Assembly: GCA_963733035.1 (NCBI GenBank)
Contig: CAVTBU010000007.1
Span: forward strand, 384,001-448,000
Length of the DNA stretch: 64,000 nucleotides
Reading direction: 5' to 3'
Origin: Pirellulales bacterium
Lineage (GTDB): Bacteria; Planctomycetota; Planctomycetia; Pirellulales; PALSA-1355
The notes beneath the pieces are model-generated. The model had not been told where the DNA came from. It ran no database searches and saw only the letters and a list, made by a program, of their open reading frames with translations. The translations under genes were made by a program, and so were the position numbers. Positions 19,838-31,171 of this stretch are shown here, piece after piece. How positions within the stretch are numbered: position 1 is the first letter of the stretch; the number at the start of each line of letters is the position of its first letter.

Positions 19838-21799
19838 CTATTGAACGGCCGCTTCGCTCGTGTTGCTGGTGAGCGTCTCCTCGGTTTCTTCCGCCGCTGG
19901 CTTGCTCGGTTGCACTTCCTTGGTCAGCGTGAAACCGGTCAACAGCCAGCCGGACTTTTCGGTGGTCATCGTCATGCCGGCCGGACCGAGATAGCGGCGT
20001 ACCATGTCGTAGCTCGGCAGTTTACTGCCGTCGATTCGTTGTGCCCGAAGCACGCCTTCTTTCTCTTCACCCAACAGCGAGTTCAGTAGTTTGCCAATCA
20101 TCGACTCGCTCTCGGGCATCTTGCCGGTTCGCAGCAACTCGTAGGTGCCGCGGTAGGCTTCGTCCGTGCGGGTGAACGCCTGACCGAATTGCTCCGGCTG
20201 GGCAATGGCCGTTAGCTCACCCTGCACGCGGAGGTAATCGGCACTGTTGGCCAGCTTCGGACCATTCTCGAACTCCGTTAGGATTCTGGTCAGAATGTCG
20301 ATGTGGGTGGCCACGAAGAGCTGTCCGTGGGCGACGGTAACGGCCGAGTTGGGAGGCAGTGCCCGTTCTTCCTCGACTTCGTCGGTGTTTTCGGCGGGGA
20401 GATCGAGCGGGCTGTTTTCGATGGTGATCATCGGCAACTCCGCCTTTTCGTCGACGATTTCCCAGACGACGTGGCCTGCGATTTCGCGGCGGCGCGTATC
20501 GGGGTCGGTCTCCATCCACTTCTTAATCACCTTGGCCAGGTGCACTTCGTCCTTCGCCTCCACGGCGAACAGCATCCTCTCGCTCTTGGGAGTGATCGGT
20601 ATCTGCAGGTCTGAGATCACCGTAATGCGATCGCCAAGATAGCCGATCAGATCCTTGCGAATGTCGATTTGCGGGCCGTTCTCGTCGGTTTTGATGGATT
20701 CGAGCACGTCTTCGAAGACCTCGTCGCCCACGATCTGGTTGACCAGGGTCTTGGAGTTTTCAAAGGCATTCTTGGTGTCGAGATTCACCGCGGCATAGGT
20801 GGCCAGATCGCGGGGCACCCAATTCGGCGGCGTGAATTTTCCACCGTTGGGAAACTTCAGCATCCGGGCCGAAAGCTCGAAGCGCTCGCCCCCTGCCTGG
20901 CTTCCTGGTGCATGAATATACGTGCGGTGCAGCAGCTCGAATTTATCCGTCGACAAGTTGACGAAGCCACCAACGCCCTCGATCGCCGTGAAGCCTTCAG
21001 CTTTGAGAATCTTCAGCATATCGGTGCCGCGCTTCTTGGGCTGGTTGAGGCGCGTCGCGTCGGCATAGCCAAACGGCTCGAGGAACCATCGGGCCTGTGG
21101 TTCCAAACCGCCAGCGGCTTTCTGACAGCGATCCATAATTGCCCGATAGGCAGGCAACGAAGTCAGGGCGTCGTCCTGGCCGCCGCCAGCCTGACGCGAG
21201 AGAATGTCTTCGATTACCTTCAGGTCGTCCGAGGCGGCCAGCAGGTCGTCCTTCACGAAATAGGCGACTTGACGCGCCGGGACGTCGTCGTGTTTCGGCG
21301 TGTCATAAATAACAACCGTGGCCCCGTGAATCGTGCGCTCGCTGCGGGTCGCCTTGCGGGCAGTCATGTTGTCGTCGATTTTGGACAGCAGCCGGCTGGT
21401 GGCACCTTCGTGGCCGGTGACGTCGGCCAACACGACGACCGCGTCGCTGGTTTCGCTGAGCAGGAGCAGCCCCAGCGCTACTTCACCCGAGGGGACACCG
21501 TCGAGATCATCCCAGCCGATCCCCAACTTTTCGTGCGTTTTGGTCCACTGCTCGCTGAGTTGATTCTTGAGGTCGTCGACAAACGGCTTCATCGCCGGGT
21601 CGGCGGCCAGCTGGCCCAGCTGCGTTTTGTCGAAGGCTGCTTCGAACTCATCCACGTCGGCGATTGACAGGTAGGCTTTGGTGGTATTGGGCAGGAGAGT
21701 TTCCGTGGGAGGGACCGCGGCATAGCCGACCACCTGCGTGCAAACGACAAGAAACAGGCCGGTACACGAAGTCCAACTGAGGCGCGCCACGATAGTCAT
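19838..21799 (-). CDS. Secreted hypothetical protein (DUF3352-like)
   Basis: 653-aa ORF with a signal peptide and typical codon usage. Confidence 0.7.
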   Translation of the reverse strand: MTIVARLSWTSCTGLFLVVCTQVVGYAAVPPTETLLPNTTKAYLSIADVDEFEAAFDKTQLGQLAADPAMKPFVDDLKNQLSEQWTKTHEKLGIGWDDLDGVPSGEVALGLLLLSETSDAVVVLADVTGHEGATSRLLSKIDDNMTARKATRSERTIHGATVVIYDTPKHDDVPARQVAYFVKDDLLAASDDLKVIEDILSRQAGGGQDDALTSLPAYRAIMDRCQKAAGGLEPQARWFLEPFGYADATRLNQPKKRGTDMLKILKAEGFTAIEGVGGFVNLSTDKFELLHRTYIHAPGSQAGGERFELSARMLKFPNGGKFTPPNWVPRDLATYAAVNLDTKNAFENSKTLVNQIVGDEVFEDVLESIKTDENGPQIDIRKDLIGYLGDRITVISDLQIPITPKSERMLFAVEAKDEVHLAKVIKKWMETDPDTRRREIAGHVVWEIVDEKAELPMITIENSPLDLPAENTDEVEEERALPPNSAVTVAHGQLFVATHIDILTRILTEFENGPKLANSADYLRVQGELTAIAQPEQFGQAFTRTDEAYRGTYELLRTGKMPESESMIGKLLNSLLGEEKEGVLRAQRIDGSKLPSYDMVRRYLGPAGMTMTTEKSGWLLTGFTLTKEVQPSKPAAEETEETLTSNTSEAAVQ

Positions 21800-22297
21800 C
21801 TCCTTGGCTCGAAAAGAGCAGACGAGAGCTGTTAATTTGGCAAAACGCGGGTAAGTCTAGGCATCGACCGCTGAACTTACTAGATCGGCTCAACCTTCAG
21901 GGCGAATTCATCCCGACGCCCCGGCGAAATCCTTTTCCAGCAAGCAACCTCAACAGAAGCCGTAGATCGTGCAAACTTTGCCCCGCGACCTTGCGGCTTG
22001 GGCAAGATCTTCCTGCAACTTAGCGAATTTGGCAAAAGCCTGCCGCCCCTCTATCGTTAAGAAGCCTGGGCCGAAAAAGGGGAGCGGATGCGTGCGCTTA
22101 GTGTATCGGCCTACCAGGCGATAAAATGAACTCGCCCGGCGCCCCGCGGGATTAAAAAGGTGTTAGACGCGTGGCTGTTACGCACTTTGGACATCGGAAT
22201 TTGCGCAACCGCGAATGGGGGGGAAATGAAATTGGCCCCCTCTTTGCCGCTTGCCCGCCGATTCTGCCAGCACCTGCACCGAATTTGAGAATGCCAG

Positions 22298-23692
22298 ATG
22301 CGTGATTTTTCCAATGAAAACCTCAGCCACGACGCCGTGCACGGCTACATCCCGTTTGTCTCCCGAGCCGATGGGGACGAATCGAGCGAACGGCAGGTAA
22401 TCGACCACCCCTGGGTGCAAAGGCTTCGGCAGATCCACCAACTGCAGACGGCCTGGTGGGTGTTTCCCACGGCAGAGCACACGCGGTTCCAGCATGTCAT
22501 TGGCGTCATGCACCTGGCCAGCCGGGCAGTCGACCGCCTGTACGACAGTTTGCGAGAGGTCTGCCCCGATGTCCCCAGCCGCGGGTACGTCGAATCGTTG
22601 ATGCGGATGGCCGGGTTGTTGCACGACGTCGGACACGGACCCTTCGGGCATTTCCTCGATGAGCACTTCCTGCGTCAACACGGCCTGACCCACGAAACAT
22701 TGGGAAGCACGATCATTTGCGACGAGTTGGGCGACATGCTGCGCCGTATCCGCAAGAATCCCAACAGTCAGCTCGAACCCGGCGAACAACTTGACCCACG
22801 GCAGATTGCCCTGCTGATCACGCGGCCCAAGGGCGAAGCTGCATCCGACGTGCCCCGTTGGTTGGAATTGCTCCGCAGCCTGTTCAGCGGCATCTATACC
22901 GTTGACAACATGGACTTCGTCCTCCGCGATGCCTACATGTCGGGCTATAACTCCCGGGCGTTCGATCTCGAACGTCTGCTGCACTACAGCTTCTTCACGC
23001 CGCAGGGTCTTACGATTCACAGTCGCGGAGTGGCGGCCCTAGTGCGGTTCATGAGTGTGCGGGCCGAACTGTTTCGCACCGTCTATTTCCACCGCACCGT
23101 ACGGGCCATCGACTTGTCGCTGGCCGATCTGTTTGCCGACAGCAAGGACTACCTGTTCCCCGGAAGTCCGTTGGAACACCTCGACGCATATCGCCAATTC
23201 ACCGAATGGTCGCTGCTGGTCGACGTGTCACGCTGGGCGTCGAGCGACGACGCGCGGCAGCGAGCACTGGGTCAGAGATGGCAGGCTCTGCTAAACCGGC
23301 AGATTCCCTGGAAGATGGCCTGCCAGCGCAATCTCGTCTTTGGCGCGGCTGAGACCGAACGCAGCAGCATTTTCGCCCGGGCCGATTTCGTGGAGCGCGA
23401 GCTGCGGGCTCAGCTTCCGCGGGAAATGGGCGACTTGCCGTTGCGTGTCGATTTGGCGCGCCACATCCACCGCCCCGATACGCGCGGTCCGAGCCAGGGG
23501 CAGAACTTCCTCTGGGACCCGGCCCGCGACGAACCTCGTCCCCTTACCGACGATCAACTCTATCGGCAGTTGCCGCTCGCGCACCGCATCTGTCGCGTCT
23601 ACGCCCAAGATCTCTCGCACGCCCCCAGGCTGGCCGCGGCACTTGATAGCCTGATCGGTCCGGGCGGTAGCGACGATTTGACGAATATGTGA
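22298..23692 (+). CDS. HD-domain phosphohydrolase (dNTP triphosphohydrolase-like)
   Basis: Motifs DAVHGYI, QRLRQIHQL, HTRFQH and LHDVGHGPFGH. Confidence 0.9.
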   Translation: MRDFSNENLSHDAVHGYIPFVSRADGDESSERQVIDHPWVQRLRQIHQLQTAWWVFPTAEHTRFQHVIGVMHLASRAVDRLYDSLREVCPDVPSRGYVESLMRMAGLLHDVGHGPFGHFLDEHFLRQHGLTHETLGSTIICDELGDMLRRIRKNPNSQLEPGEQLDPRQIALLITRPKGEAASDVPRWLELLRSLFSGIYTVDNMDFVLRDAYMSGYNSRAFDLERLLHYSFFTPQGLTIHSRGVAALVRFMSVRAELFRTVYFHRTVRAIDLSLADLFADSKDYLFPGSPLEHLDAYRQFTEWSLLVDVSRWASSDDARQRALGQRWQALLNRQIPWKMACQRNLVFGAAETERSSIFARADFVERELRAQLPREMGDLPLRVDLARHIHRPDTRGPSQGQNFLWDPARDEPRPLTDDQLYRQLPLAHRICRVYAQDLSHAPRLAAALDSLIGPGGSDDLTNM

Positions 23693-23724
23693 GATGCCCA
23701 ACCCTGCCGCGCCTCGGGCAAAGG

Positions 23725-24054
23725 TCAGTCGTGGTCGGCCCGCTGCCGGAAGGAGTCAAGGAGCCGCCGTACGCGCACGTGATTTTCATCCGTCTGCGCG
23801 ACAACGAGCGACAGGTTGTCTCGGTAAACGCTGACGGCGGCGTTTTTCATCCAGCTTTCCGGATCGACCGTCGTCTTCATCAAAGAAATAAGTATGGATG
23901 GGTCGAAACGTTTTCCGGCATACACGGGCAGATCGGATACGGCATACACCTTGTTGTAGACAATCGGCTCAGCGGGCGCCGCGGCGCGCGATGTGTGCGA
24001 GACCAAAAGTGTTAGCACGAGACAACCGGCCCCAAGAAGACGAACGGAACGCAT
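23725..24054 (-). CDS. Small secreted hypothetical protein
   Basis: Signal peptide ending in AAA. The mature part resembles a secretin N-domain-like repeat. Confidence 0.55.
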   Translation of the reverse strand: MRSVRLLGAGCLVLTLLVSHTSRAAAPAEPIVYNKVYAVSDLPVYAGKRFDPSILISLMKTTVDPESWMKNAAVSVYRDNLSLVVAQTDENHVRVRRLLDSFRQRADHD

Positions 24055-24317
24055 GGCGAATTCCTTTCCTAGGTCCCCGAGGTTGATAAATTCGGCGGCG
24101 ACTTCATACCGAAAACCACAAAATCTGGCAATACCTCTGATCCGGCCGCCGGCGGTAGTAACCGGCCCGATCCTGTGCCGAGAATCCGGGTGATTGGCCG
24201 CCGAACCTTGTCGCCTGCGTCCGTTTTCAAATGGTAGGTTTTTTGTGTTGACGATTTGACGAATACGTAAATTTCCAATGCTTCAGCGAAACCGAATTTC
24301 GTCGAGGAAATACGGTA

Positions 24318-24668
24318 ATGAACAACGTGTCTATCGTTCTTGGCATGTCGAATGTCGCCGTCGCGCTGATTTCCATTGCGGTGTCGATTCCCCTTTTGCG
24401 CGGCAGGATTAAGCCGAACGTATGGTATGGATTCCGGTTTTCTGAGTCATTCGAATCCGAAGACGCCTGGTTCGCCATCAATCGCTACGGAGCCGCTCGC
24501 ATGATCCTTTGGTCGATCCCTCTGCTGTTGTTGGGCCTTGCCGCCGGTGTCCTTTCCTTGGCGGACGACACGATATCCGTTTTTGTTATCGCCGGCGCGC
24601 CGTTGTTGATTCTTGTGCCATGCGTCGAGAGCTGGCGTTTCGCCAGACACTACCGTGCTGACGTCTGA
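24318..24668 (+). CDS. SdpI-family membrane immunity protein
   Basis: IKPNVWYGFR...SEDAWFAINRYGA motif, three TM segments, and RBS GAGG. Confidence 0.8.
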   Translation: MNNVSIVLGMSNVAVALISIAVSIPLLRGRIKPNVWYGFRFSESFESEDAWFAINRYGAARMILWSIPLLLLGLAAGVLSLADDTISVFVIAGAPLLILVPCVESWRFARHYRADV

Positions 24669-24802
24669 CATGGGGGCACATGCGTGCGGCATTGGCAATC
24701 ATTCTTCGCAATTGCCGGCAACTATCCCGCGGGCCCCGCGAATGTTAGTCTACCCACTTGGCATTTGATCGAACGCTTTTTTCCACGGCCCCAACAATCG
24801 CC

Positions 24803-26232
24803 ATGTCCGACTCGACTCTTTACGCCAATCCGCTCATCGAACGTTACGCGTCCCGCGCCATGGCGACGCTGTGGGGACCGCAGCGAAAGTTCAGTACCTG
24901 GCGGCGGCTGTGGGTGGCGCTGGCCGAAGCGGAGGCTGAGCTAGGACTGCCGATCAAGCCGGAACAAATCAATGAACTGAAGGTCCACGTCGACGACGTC
25001 GACTTCGCCAAGGCAGCCGACTACGAACGCAGGCTACGGCACGACGTCATGGCGCATGTGCATACCTACGGCGATGCCTGCCCGAAAGCGCGGGGCATCA
25101 TTCACCTGGGTGCTACCAGTTGCTACGTCACCGACAATACCGATCTGATCCTGATTCGCGAAGGGCTCCAGCTCGTGCGCGACCGGCTGGTGTCGGTGAT
25201 CGCCAAACTCGGCGACTTTGCCGAGCAGCATCGCGACCTGCCTTGCCTCGGGTTCACCCACTTGCAGCCGGCGCAACCAACAACCGTTGGCAAACGGGCC
25301 ACGCTGTGGATCTACGATCTCGTGCAAGACCTCGGCGAGCTCGAGCACCGTCTGACCACACTCCGGCGCGCGGCGTGAAAGGCACGACCGGGACGCAGGC
25401 CAGCTTCTTGGAACTGTTTGCCGGCGACCACACCAAGGTTCGCAAGCTTGACGAGTTGGTTTCCAAGAAGCTCGGCTTCGACTCCAGCTACGCCGTTACC
25501 GGACAGACGTATTCGCGCAAGGTCGATGTGCAAGTGATTGACGCCCTGGCCGGAATTGCCGGCAGTGCCCACAAGGCGGCCACCGATCTAAGGCTGCTGC
25601 AAGGCCGCAAGGAAATCGAAGAACCTTTTGAGAAGGACCAGATCGGCTCCTCGGCCATGGCCTATAAGCGCAATCCCATGCGCTCGGAACGGATTTGTGG
25701 CCTTGCGCGCTACGTCCTCAGCCTGCAGTCGAGCGCGGCCGCCACGCTGGCCACGCAATGGCTTGAACGCACGCTCGACGACAGCGCCAACCGCCGGTTA
25801 GTGCTGCCGCAGGCGTTTCTGGCCGTCGATGCCCTGCTGATGCTCTATGAGAATATCGCCTCGGGCCTGGTTGTCTATCCACAGGTCATTGCTCGCCAAT
25901 TGGCCGAGGAACTGCCGTTCATGGCGACCGAGGCCATCCTGATGGCCGCGGTTGCTTGCGGCGGCGACCGCCAGGATCTGCACGAACGAATCCGCCAGCA
26001 CAGCCAGGCCGCCGCAGCCGAAGTAAAACTGAAGGGCGCGGCCAACGACCTGATCGAGCGTCTGGCCGCCGACGCGGAGTTTAAAGGGGTAAACCTCGGC
26101 GAGATGCTTGATCCGGCCCGCTTCGTTGGTCGCGCACCCGAACAGGTCGATGAGTTCCTGGCCGAAGTCGTAGCGCCCATCCGCAAGCGCTACCCAAAGG
26201 CCGGCGCCGGCAGCGTGGAGTTGAAGGTCTGA
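24803..26232 (+). CDS. purB: Adenylosuccinate lyase (frameshift near 25365)
   Basis: Motifs [24 protein letters not shown] and [11 protein letters not shown]. Confidence 0.95.
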
Positions 26233-26312
26233 ACGCGACGTTGCGGAATCGCGAACAGAAAGCCCAGGGGAAACTTTCCCTGGGAACTCAGGCGCCTCCT
26301 GCACTTACCTGC

Positions 26313-26828
26313 TTAGATCAAATCCAACTTCCGCGCCGGCCGCTTCTGCACACGGCAGTCGGCACACAGACCGGTGAAGATCAAACGGTGGCCGGTAACG
26401 CGGAAATGATACTGCCGCTCCAGGGCCTCGCCGATCTGGGCCACTTCGTCGCTGTGGAATTCGATCAGTTTGTTGCACTTCTGGCAGTGCAAGTGGTCGT
26501 GTTGTGGGTAGCCGTAATCGTGCTCATAAACGGTGCGTCCACCCAGGTTCATGCTGCGGAGCAGCCCGGCGTCGACCAATTCACTCAACGTGCGATAGAC
26601 GGTGGGACGGCTGACTCGGTGCGCCGCTTCCACGCCGGCCAGATGCATGATCAGGTCTTCGGCGTCGAAGTGGTCGTGACGCTTGAACACCTCGTCCACG
26701 ATGATCCGGCGCTGCTGGGTGGTACGCTTGCCCTTGCTCTGCAGAAACTCCTCGAACCGCTCGCGCGGCGTGAGGGCGACCTTGACGGTCCCCAGCGAAA
26801 AGTCTTGCGAGGAGAAATCTTGCGGCAT
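26313..26828 (-). CDS. fur: Fur-family transcriptional regulator
   Basis: Motifs TQQRRII, HFDAEDL, VSRPTVYRTL, HDHLHCQKC and GLCADC. Confidence 0.9.
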   Translation of the reverse strand: MPQDFSSQDFSLGTVKVALTPRERFEEFLQSKGKRTTQQRRIIVDEVFKRHDHFDAEDLIMHLAGVEAAHRVSRPTVYRTLSELVDAGLLRSMNLGGRTVYEHDYGYPQHDHLHCQKCNKLIEFHSDEVAQIGEALERQYHFRVTGHRLIFTGLCADCRVQKRPARKLDLI

Positions 26829-26892
26829 AACAGGTGACCAGGGAGCCAGCGACGAAACAAGAGACCAGCTCACGCAAGTCTAGCTGGCAAAA

Positions 26893-26907
26893 CAAGAATC
26901 ATTATTG
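26893..26907. promoter_or_regulatory. Fur-box-like 7-1-7 inverted repeat (putative autoregulatory site)
   Basis: CAAGAAT-C-ATTATTG (6/7 arm match), AT-rich, ~65 bp upstream of the fur start. Confidence 0.55.
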
Positions 26908-27032
26908 ATTTTAAGGATGGGGTGCAGAAAATCAAGCGGACATGTAGGGTTCGCGCTGAACGGCGTAACAATTCAGGGACCACTGAATGCCGACTGGTAT
27001 TGGGCGGATGTCGAGTTGCCCTGATTAACGTG

Positions 27033-27302
27033 TCATTCCGCGGAAATGGGTGAACAACAGGAACATCCGGCCGGGTGTGCGTCAGGTTTTCCTAGTTGCC
27101 GCATGCTCTCGGGATGTTCGTTCCACCAGCGGTGATAATCGCGCAGATCGGAGCGGAAGAGATAGATCGGATACCAAGGGAAGATAGGCTCGTGAGTTCC
27201 GGTGCCACAACCGACCGGGTCGGCGGCCATGTCGACCAACATGCAGCCACTTTGCGAGACGAACACCGCGCTCATGAGGACTGTCAAGAGTGTCCGAGCC
27301 AT
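27033..27302 (-). CDS. Putative small lipoprotein
   Basis: Hydrophobic N-terminus with SGC lipobox-like motif and a Cys-rich C-terminus. Confidence 0.45.
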   Translation of the reverse strand: MARTLLTVLMSAVFVSQSGCMLVDMAADPVGCGTGTHEPIFPWYPIYLFRSDLRDYHRWWNEHPESMRQLGKPDAHPAGCSCCSPISAE

Positions 27303-27411
27303 TGGTGAGTACACGCGCGGCGCGTCTTACTGGTTACTAACCTCGGGCGCGCGAGTACGACATCACGCGCCCCTTCCCTGGAGCGCTTGCAGCATCGTCG
27401 AGACAGATGCT

Positions 27412-27693
27412 TTAGGCGATCTCGTCCAACAGTCGATCGAGGGCCGTGCTCAGCTTGTCGCCGGTCTCGTACGTGCCATTGGCGAGTGCGGCGCGGATCG
27501 ATTCGACGCGATCGGCACGAATATCCGGAATCTCGGCCAACTGCGAGGCAATCTGGCCCGCCTCGGAGATATCAAGCCGATCGCTGGCCGGCTGTGTGCT
27601 CGGTGTGGACGGAGACGATTCGACCGAACGCGCCGAATGCGGACCGTGGATGGACTGAGCGCCGTGGAGTTGCGAAGGACCGTGAATTTGCAT
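27412..27693 (-). CDS. flgM: Anti-sigma-28 factor FlgM
   Basis: DRLDISEAG...IRADRVESIRAALANGTY motif; RBS GGAGG. Confidence 0.85.
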   Translation of the reverse strand: MQIHGPSQLHGAQSIHGPHSARSVESSPSTPSTQPASDRLDISEAGQIASQLAEIPDIRADRVESIRAALANGTYETGDKLSTALDRLLDEIA

Positions 27694-28431
27694 TGCTTCC
27701 TCCCTTGGCAACCGTACTACACCTTTGGGGATGGGGTCAAATCAGACCGCCAGCCCGGTTGGGGGAGTCATTGCCAATCGAACTTGGATTACTGGGAAAT
27801 GGCCGGTGTTTGTCGTAGCGGACTTAATCGTGCAGTTTCGATTCGCCTGTTCGCCGGGACCGAAGGCTCGAAAGAGCCTGCGAATGGTTAAGAGTGGTCC
27901 GGAGAACCTCCTGGAATCGACACGCTGCTGCAAACAATTGTCCGTTACTCGAAAGCTGCTTACCGGCGCCGCAATCCATGTCTGGGAGCGACCTCGCGAG
28001 CGCGAAAGTGAGCACCCTTTGTATCGGCGAACCGGTGGCCGGTCATTGAACGAAATTGCAAGTCCTCCAACTTCGTATTCTGAATCAGGTTAGTACTTAT
28101 ACGACCTAGGGCGGTCGCCCCGATCAACCGTGCCCCTGCCACGGTGGCAGGGCGTGCTTGGGCGGCGGATTATAGGAACCGGCGGCCCGAGCAACAAGGC
28201 GGAAAGCATCGTGCGGGGTAGAAAGTCGCCTCGCTAGCATGGCTGGAGCCGTCGACAGCCCTCGAACACGCCACTCGAACGGCTGATTGGCGTCGGTGGG
28301 AAAGGTTTTTTCCCACTCTCCGGCGGGAATCTCCAGTTTTTGCTGCCAATGGACGAAACCCCCGTCGCGGGCGGCGGTTGAATCTTTTAGATCCAACCCC
28401 GTCACTGCTTATTGCTTACGAGGAGAATCGC

Positions 28432-29448
28432 TTGTCCAAACCGCACTTACTGGTGGCGGCCCTGGCCGCACTTTTGACGACCGCTACGGGGAGTGCCGGC
28501 GATGCTCCGGCGGGCATCGACGCCCCTGCCCTTTTTAAGCAGTTGGACGGCAACTCCGACGGCGTGCTCGCCGAGGACGAGATTCCCCAAGATAAACGAA
28601 GCCTGTTCGAACGGCTGGTACGGTTAGGCGATGGCAACGCGGACGGCAAACTCTCGGCCGACGAATTTGCCGCGGGGCTGGCGGGCGGCAAGAAGCGGCC
28701 CGCCGCCGCAGGTCCCACCTCGCCGAATGGTCCGGCCAAGGCCAAGCCCCGACGCCCCGGCAAGGCGGAGCGTCCGGGGCCTGGCCGCTTATTTGCGCGG
28801 CTCGATGCCAACCAGGACGGCAAAGTGGAAATCGACGAAGTGCCGGCCGAAGGCCGCGATCGGTTCGCCAAGCTGGTCGAGCGGAATGACAAGGACGGCG
28901 ACGGCGCGCTCTCGCAGGACGAGTTCGTGACCGATAATCCGGTTCGCAACGCCAGTACGACGCGACCGTTGGCCGACCGTGATCCGGCCGAAGTCTTCAA
29001 ATTCATCGATCGCAACGGCGACGGCAAGGTCGAGGCCGACGAAGCCCCCGAAGCCCGTCGCGAGGGCTTGGCCCGCATGATCGAGCGGGGCGACAAAGAC
29101 GGCGACAACGCGCTTTCGCTCGAGGAGTTCACCGCGATTGCCAAGCGAGTGCGAGCCGCACAGGCGCAGCAGTCGGCGGCGAAGCCACAAGCCGCGAAAA
29201 AGAAGAATCCCAAACGGCCCAGTGCCGCAAAGACCGCCAAGAAGGCCAAGCAAAAAGGTGGCCAGGTCGCCGCGATGCCGGCCGGACTGTTTGGCGCGCT
29301 CGACGCCGACCGCGATGGCAAGCTCGATAGCGACGAAATCAGTGCCGCCTCGTCGGTGATCCTCAAGCTCGACAAGGACGGCGATGGCAGCGTTTCGGTT
29401 CGCGAAGTTGCCGCTACCGCCAAGAACAAGAAGAAGAAAGATAAGTAA
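28432..29448 (+). CDS. Secreted multi-EF-hand protein
   Basis: Signal peptide and about eight DxNxDG/DxDxDG loops. TTG start after GAGGAG. Confidence 0.85.
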   Translation: MSKPHLLVAALAALLTTATGSAGDAPAGIDAPALFKQLDGNSDGVLAEDEIPQDKRSLFERLVRLGDGNADGKLSADEFAAGLAGGKKRPAAAGPTSPNGPAKAKPRRPGKAERPGPGRLFARLDANQDGKVEIDEVPAEGRDRFAKLVERNDKDGDGALSQDEFVTDNPVRNASTTRPLADRDPAEVFKFIDRNGDGKVEADEAPEARREGLARMIERGDKDGDNALSLEEFTAIAKRVRAAQAQQSAAKPQAAKKKNPKRPSAAKTAKKAKQKGGQVAAMPAGLFGALDADRDGKLDSDEISAASSVILKLDKDGDGSVSVREVAATAKNKKKKDK

Positions 29449-29746
29449 GACCAACGTTCGTCTGCCGCTAATTCGGACGAGCTTTTGCCCGCGAAGCTCA
29501 AAGCTCGTTCGATCCTCTCAGGCATCGAGCCATCCCCCCGGCTTGATGCCTGATTTTTTGCGCTTTCGGCCACGCACGCCGTCGCCCCTGAGTGGTGGAG
29601 CCACGGTCCTCTTTGGGCGGCCGGTTTTAAGGATTCTCCAGCCTAATCAGACCGTTCCCAGCCGTCACCCGGGCGGAATTCAAGGCGCGAGACCGTGCTA
29701 GACTTCCAGAATGGGGTGAGAATTCCCGGCTTCCGGAGAGACCATC

Positions 29747-30733
29747 GTGAGTACGGCCGAACTGGTTGGGCACTGCACGCGGCTGCCTGCCGAACTCGAA
29801 AACCAATTGATTTGCCCGCGATGCCAGTGCCGACTCGAAGTCAGTCGGAGCGAGTGCCGTTGTACGCACCCTGGCTGCGGTGCCACGTACCCGGTCCGAC
29901 AACAGGTGCCCGTGCTCATTAATGAGGCCAACAGTCTCTTCTCAATCGCGGGCATCGTGCGCGGCGAAGATAAGCCGTTTCCCACCGCCCCCAGCGCCGC
30001 GCGGCAGTGGATATCGCGGTTAGCACCGTCGCTGAGCGCCAACGTCAGCAGTTCGCAAAACTACCGTACGTTTGCCCGGGAAGTCCTCAAGCTTTCCACG
30101 CCGGCTCGGGTGCTGGTGATCGGCTCGCGGGTGTTGGGCAGCGGCATGGAGATCCTCGCCGAGCATCCCGATATCGAGATCGTCGAAAGTGACGTCGAAC
30201 TCGGGCCACGCCCCGCCGTGATTTTCGATGCGCACGACATTCCCTTCGAAGATGATTCGTTCGACGGCGTGATCGCTCAAGCCGTACTCGAACACGTAGC
30301 CGATCCGACGCGGTGCGTCGCCGAGATGGCACGGGTGCTCAAGCCGCACGGCGCGGTCTATGCCGAAACTCCGTTCATGCAGCAAGTGCACGAAGGAGCG
30401 TACGACTTCACCCGTTTCACGCATCTGGGACACCGTCGCCTGCTGCGCGACTTCGAGGAGATCGACAGCGGCATCGCTTGCGGCCCGGGCATGGCCCTGG
30501 CCTGGGCGTGGCGGTACTTCTTATTGAGCTTTGCCCGAAACCGCTACTCGCGGACCATCGCCACGGCCCTCGCGCGCGGCACGGGGTTTTGGCTGAAGTA
30601 TTTCGATCGCTTTTTGGCCAAGCGTCCAGGTGCGTACGATGCGGCCTCGGGCTTCTATTTTCTAGGCCGCTTGAGCCAGCACCGGCTGACCGACCGTCAG
30701 CTCGTGCATCTCTATCGGGGTGGCATTCGATAG
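29747..30733 (+). CDS. Class I SAM-dependent methyltransferase with N-terminal Trm112-like Zn finger
   Basis: LICPRC...YPVRQQVPVL, followed by DAHDIPF, AVLEHV and RVLKPHG. Confidence 0.85.
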   Translation: MSTAELVGHCTRLPAELENQLICPRCQCRLEVSRSECRCTHPGCGATYPVRQQVPVLINEANSLFSIAGIVRGEDKPFPTAPSAARQWISRLAPSLSANVSSSQNYRTFAREVLKLSTPARVLVIGSRVLGSGMEILAEHPDIEIVESDVELGPRPAVIFDAHDIPFEDDSFDGVIAQAVLEHVADPTRCVAEMARVLKPHGAVYAETPFMQQVHEGAYDFTRFTHLGHRRLLRDFEEIDSGIACGPGMALAWAWRYFLLSFARNRYSRTIATALARGTGFWLKYFDRFLAKRPGAYDAASGFYFLGRLSQHRLTDRQLVHLYRGGIR

Positions 30734-31082
30734 GTCGCTCGGCCGGCAGTCGAATCGAGACGTCGGCCACTTGAGGGCCCCCGAGAGTTTTTGGCGCTTT
30801 GGGTGCCCATTTCGTTGGCAATCGAAGAGGCATTTTCAGGACAGGAACCGATCGCGTGGGGAGAATTTGCAACGTTTTGGACGCTCCAAATATTGGGCCG
30901 CCCAACCGACGAATGGGGCACAAGATTGGGAACCTGGCGGCGAACAATTCCTAGAGGCAGCGTGTCACTTAGGACAAATGACGGCAGTTGGCGTGACGGG
31001 GCCATTTAACCCCGCGAACCCGAACCATACTGGGTACTGTCCCGTAACTAGGTGGTAGGGACGACCACCAGTTTTTGGCGTT

Positions 31083-31098
31083 TGGACCAGGACTTGCA
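31083..31098 (+). promoter_or_regulatory. Possible sigma-54 promoter
   Basis: TGGACCAGGACTTGCA has GG-N10-GC spacing but an imperfect -24 box. It lies upstream of the small ORF at 31172. Confidence 0.35.
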
Positions 31099-31171
31099 AT
31101 AAGTCGGCTGCCCGAACGCGAGAGTGGTGGATGGAAGCGGTCAAAAAGGACAAGAGAGGAGGCGGACGACC

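Noticed and set aside
24803..26232. purB, hisA and other split genes as pseudogenes or programmed frameshifts
   Set aside because: Both halves are intact, there is no consistent slippery heptamer, and the pattern fits sequencing indels.
28021..28050. Sigma-28 promoter for flgM (GCCGATAC on the minus strand)
   Set aside because: The -35 element and spacing fit poorly, and the site is ~330 bp from the start codon.
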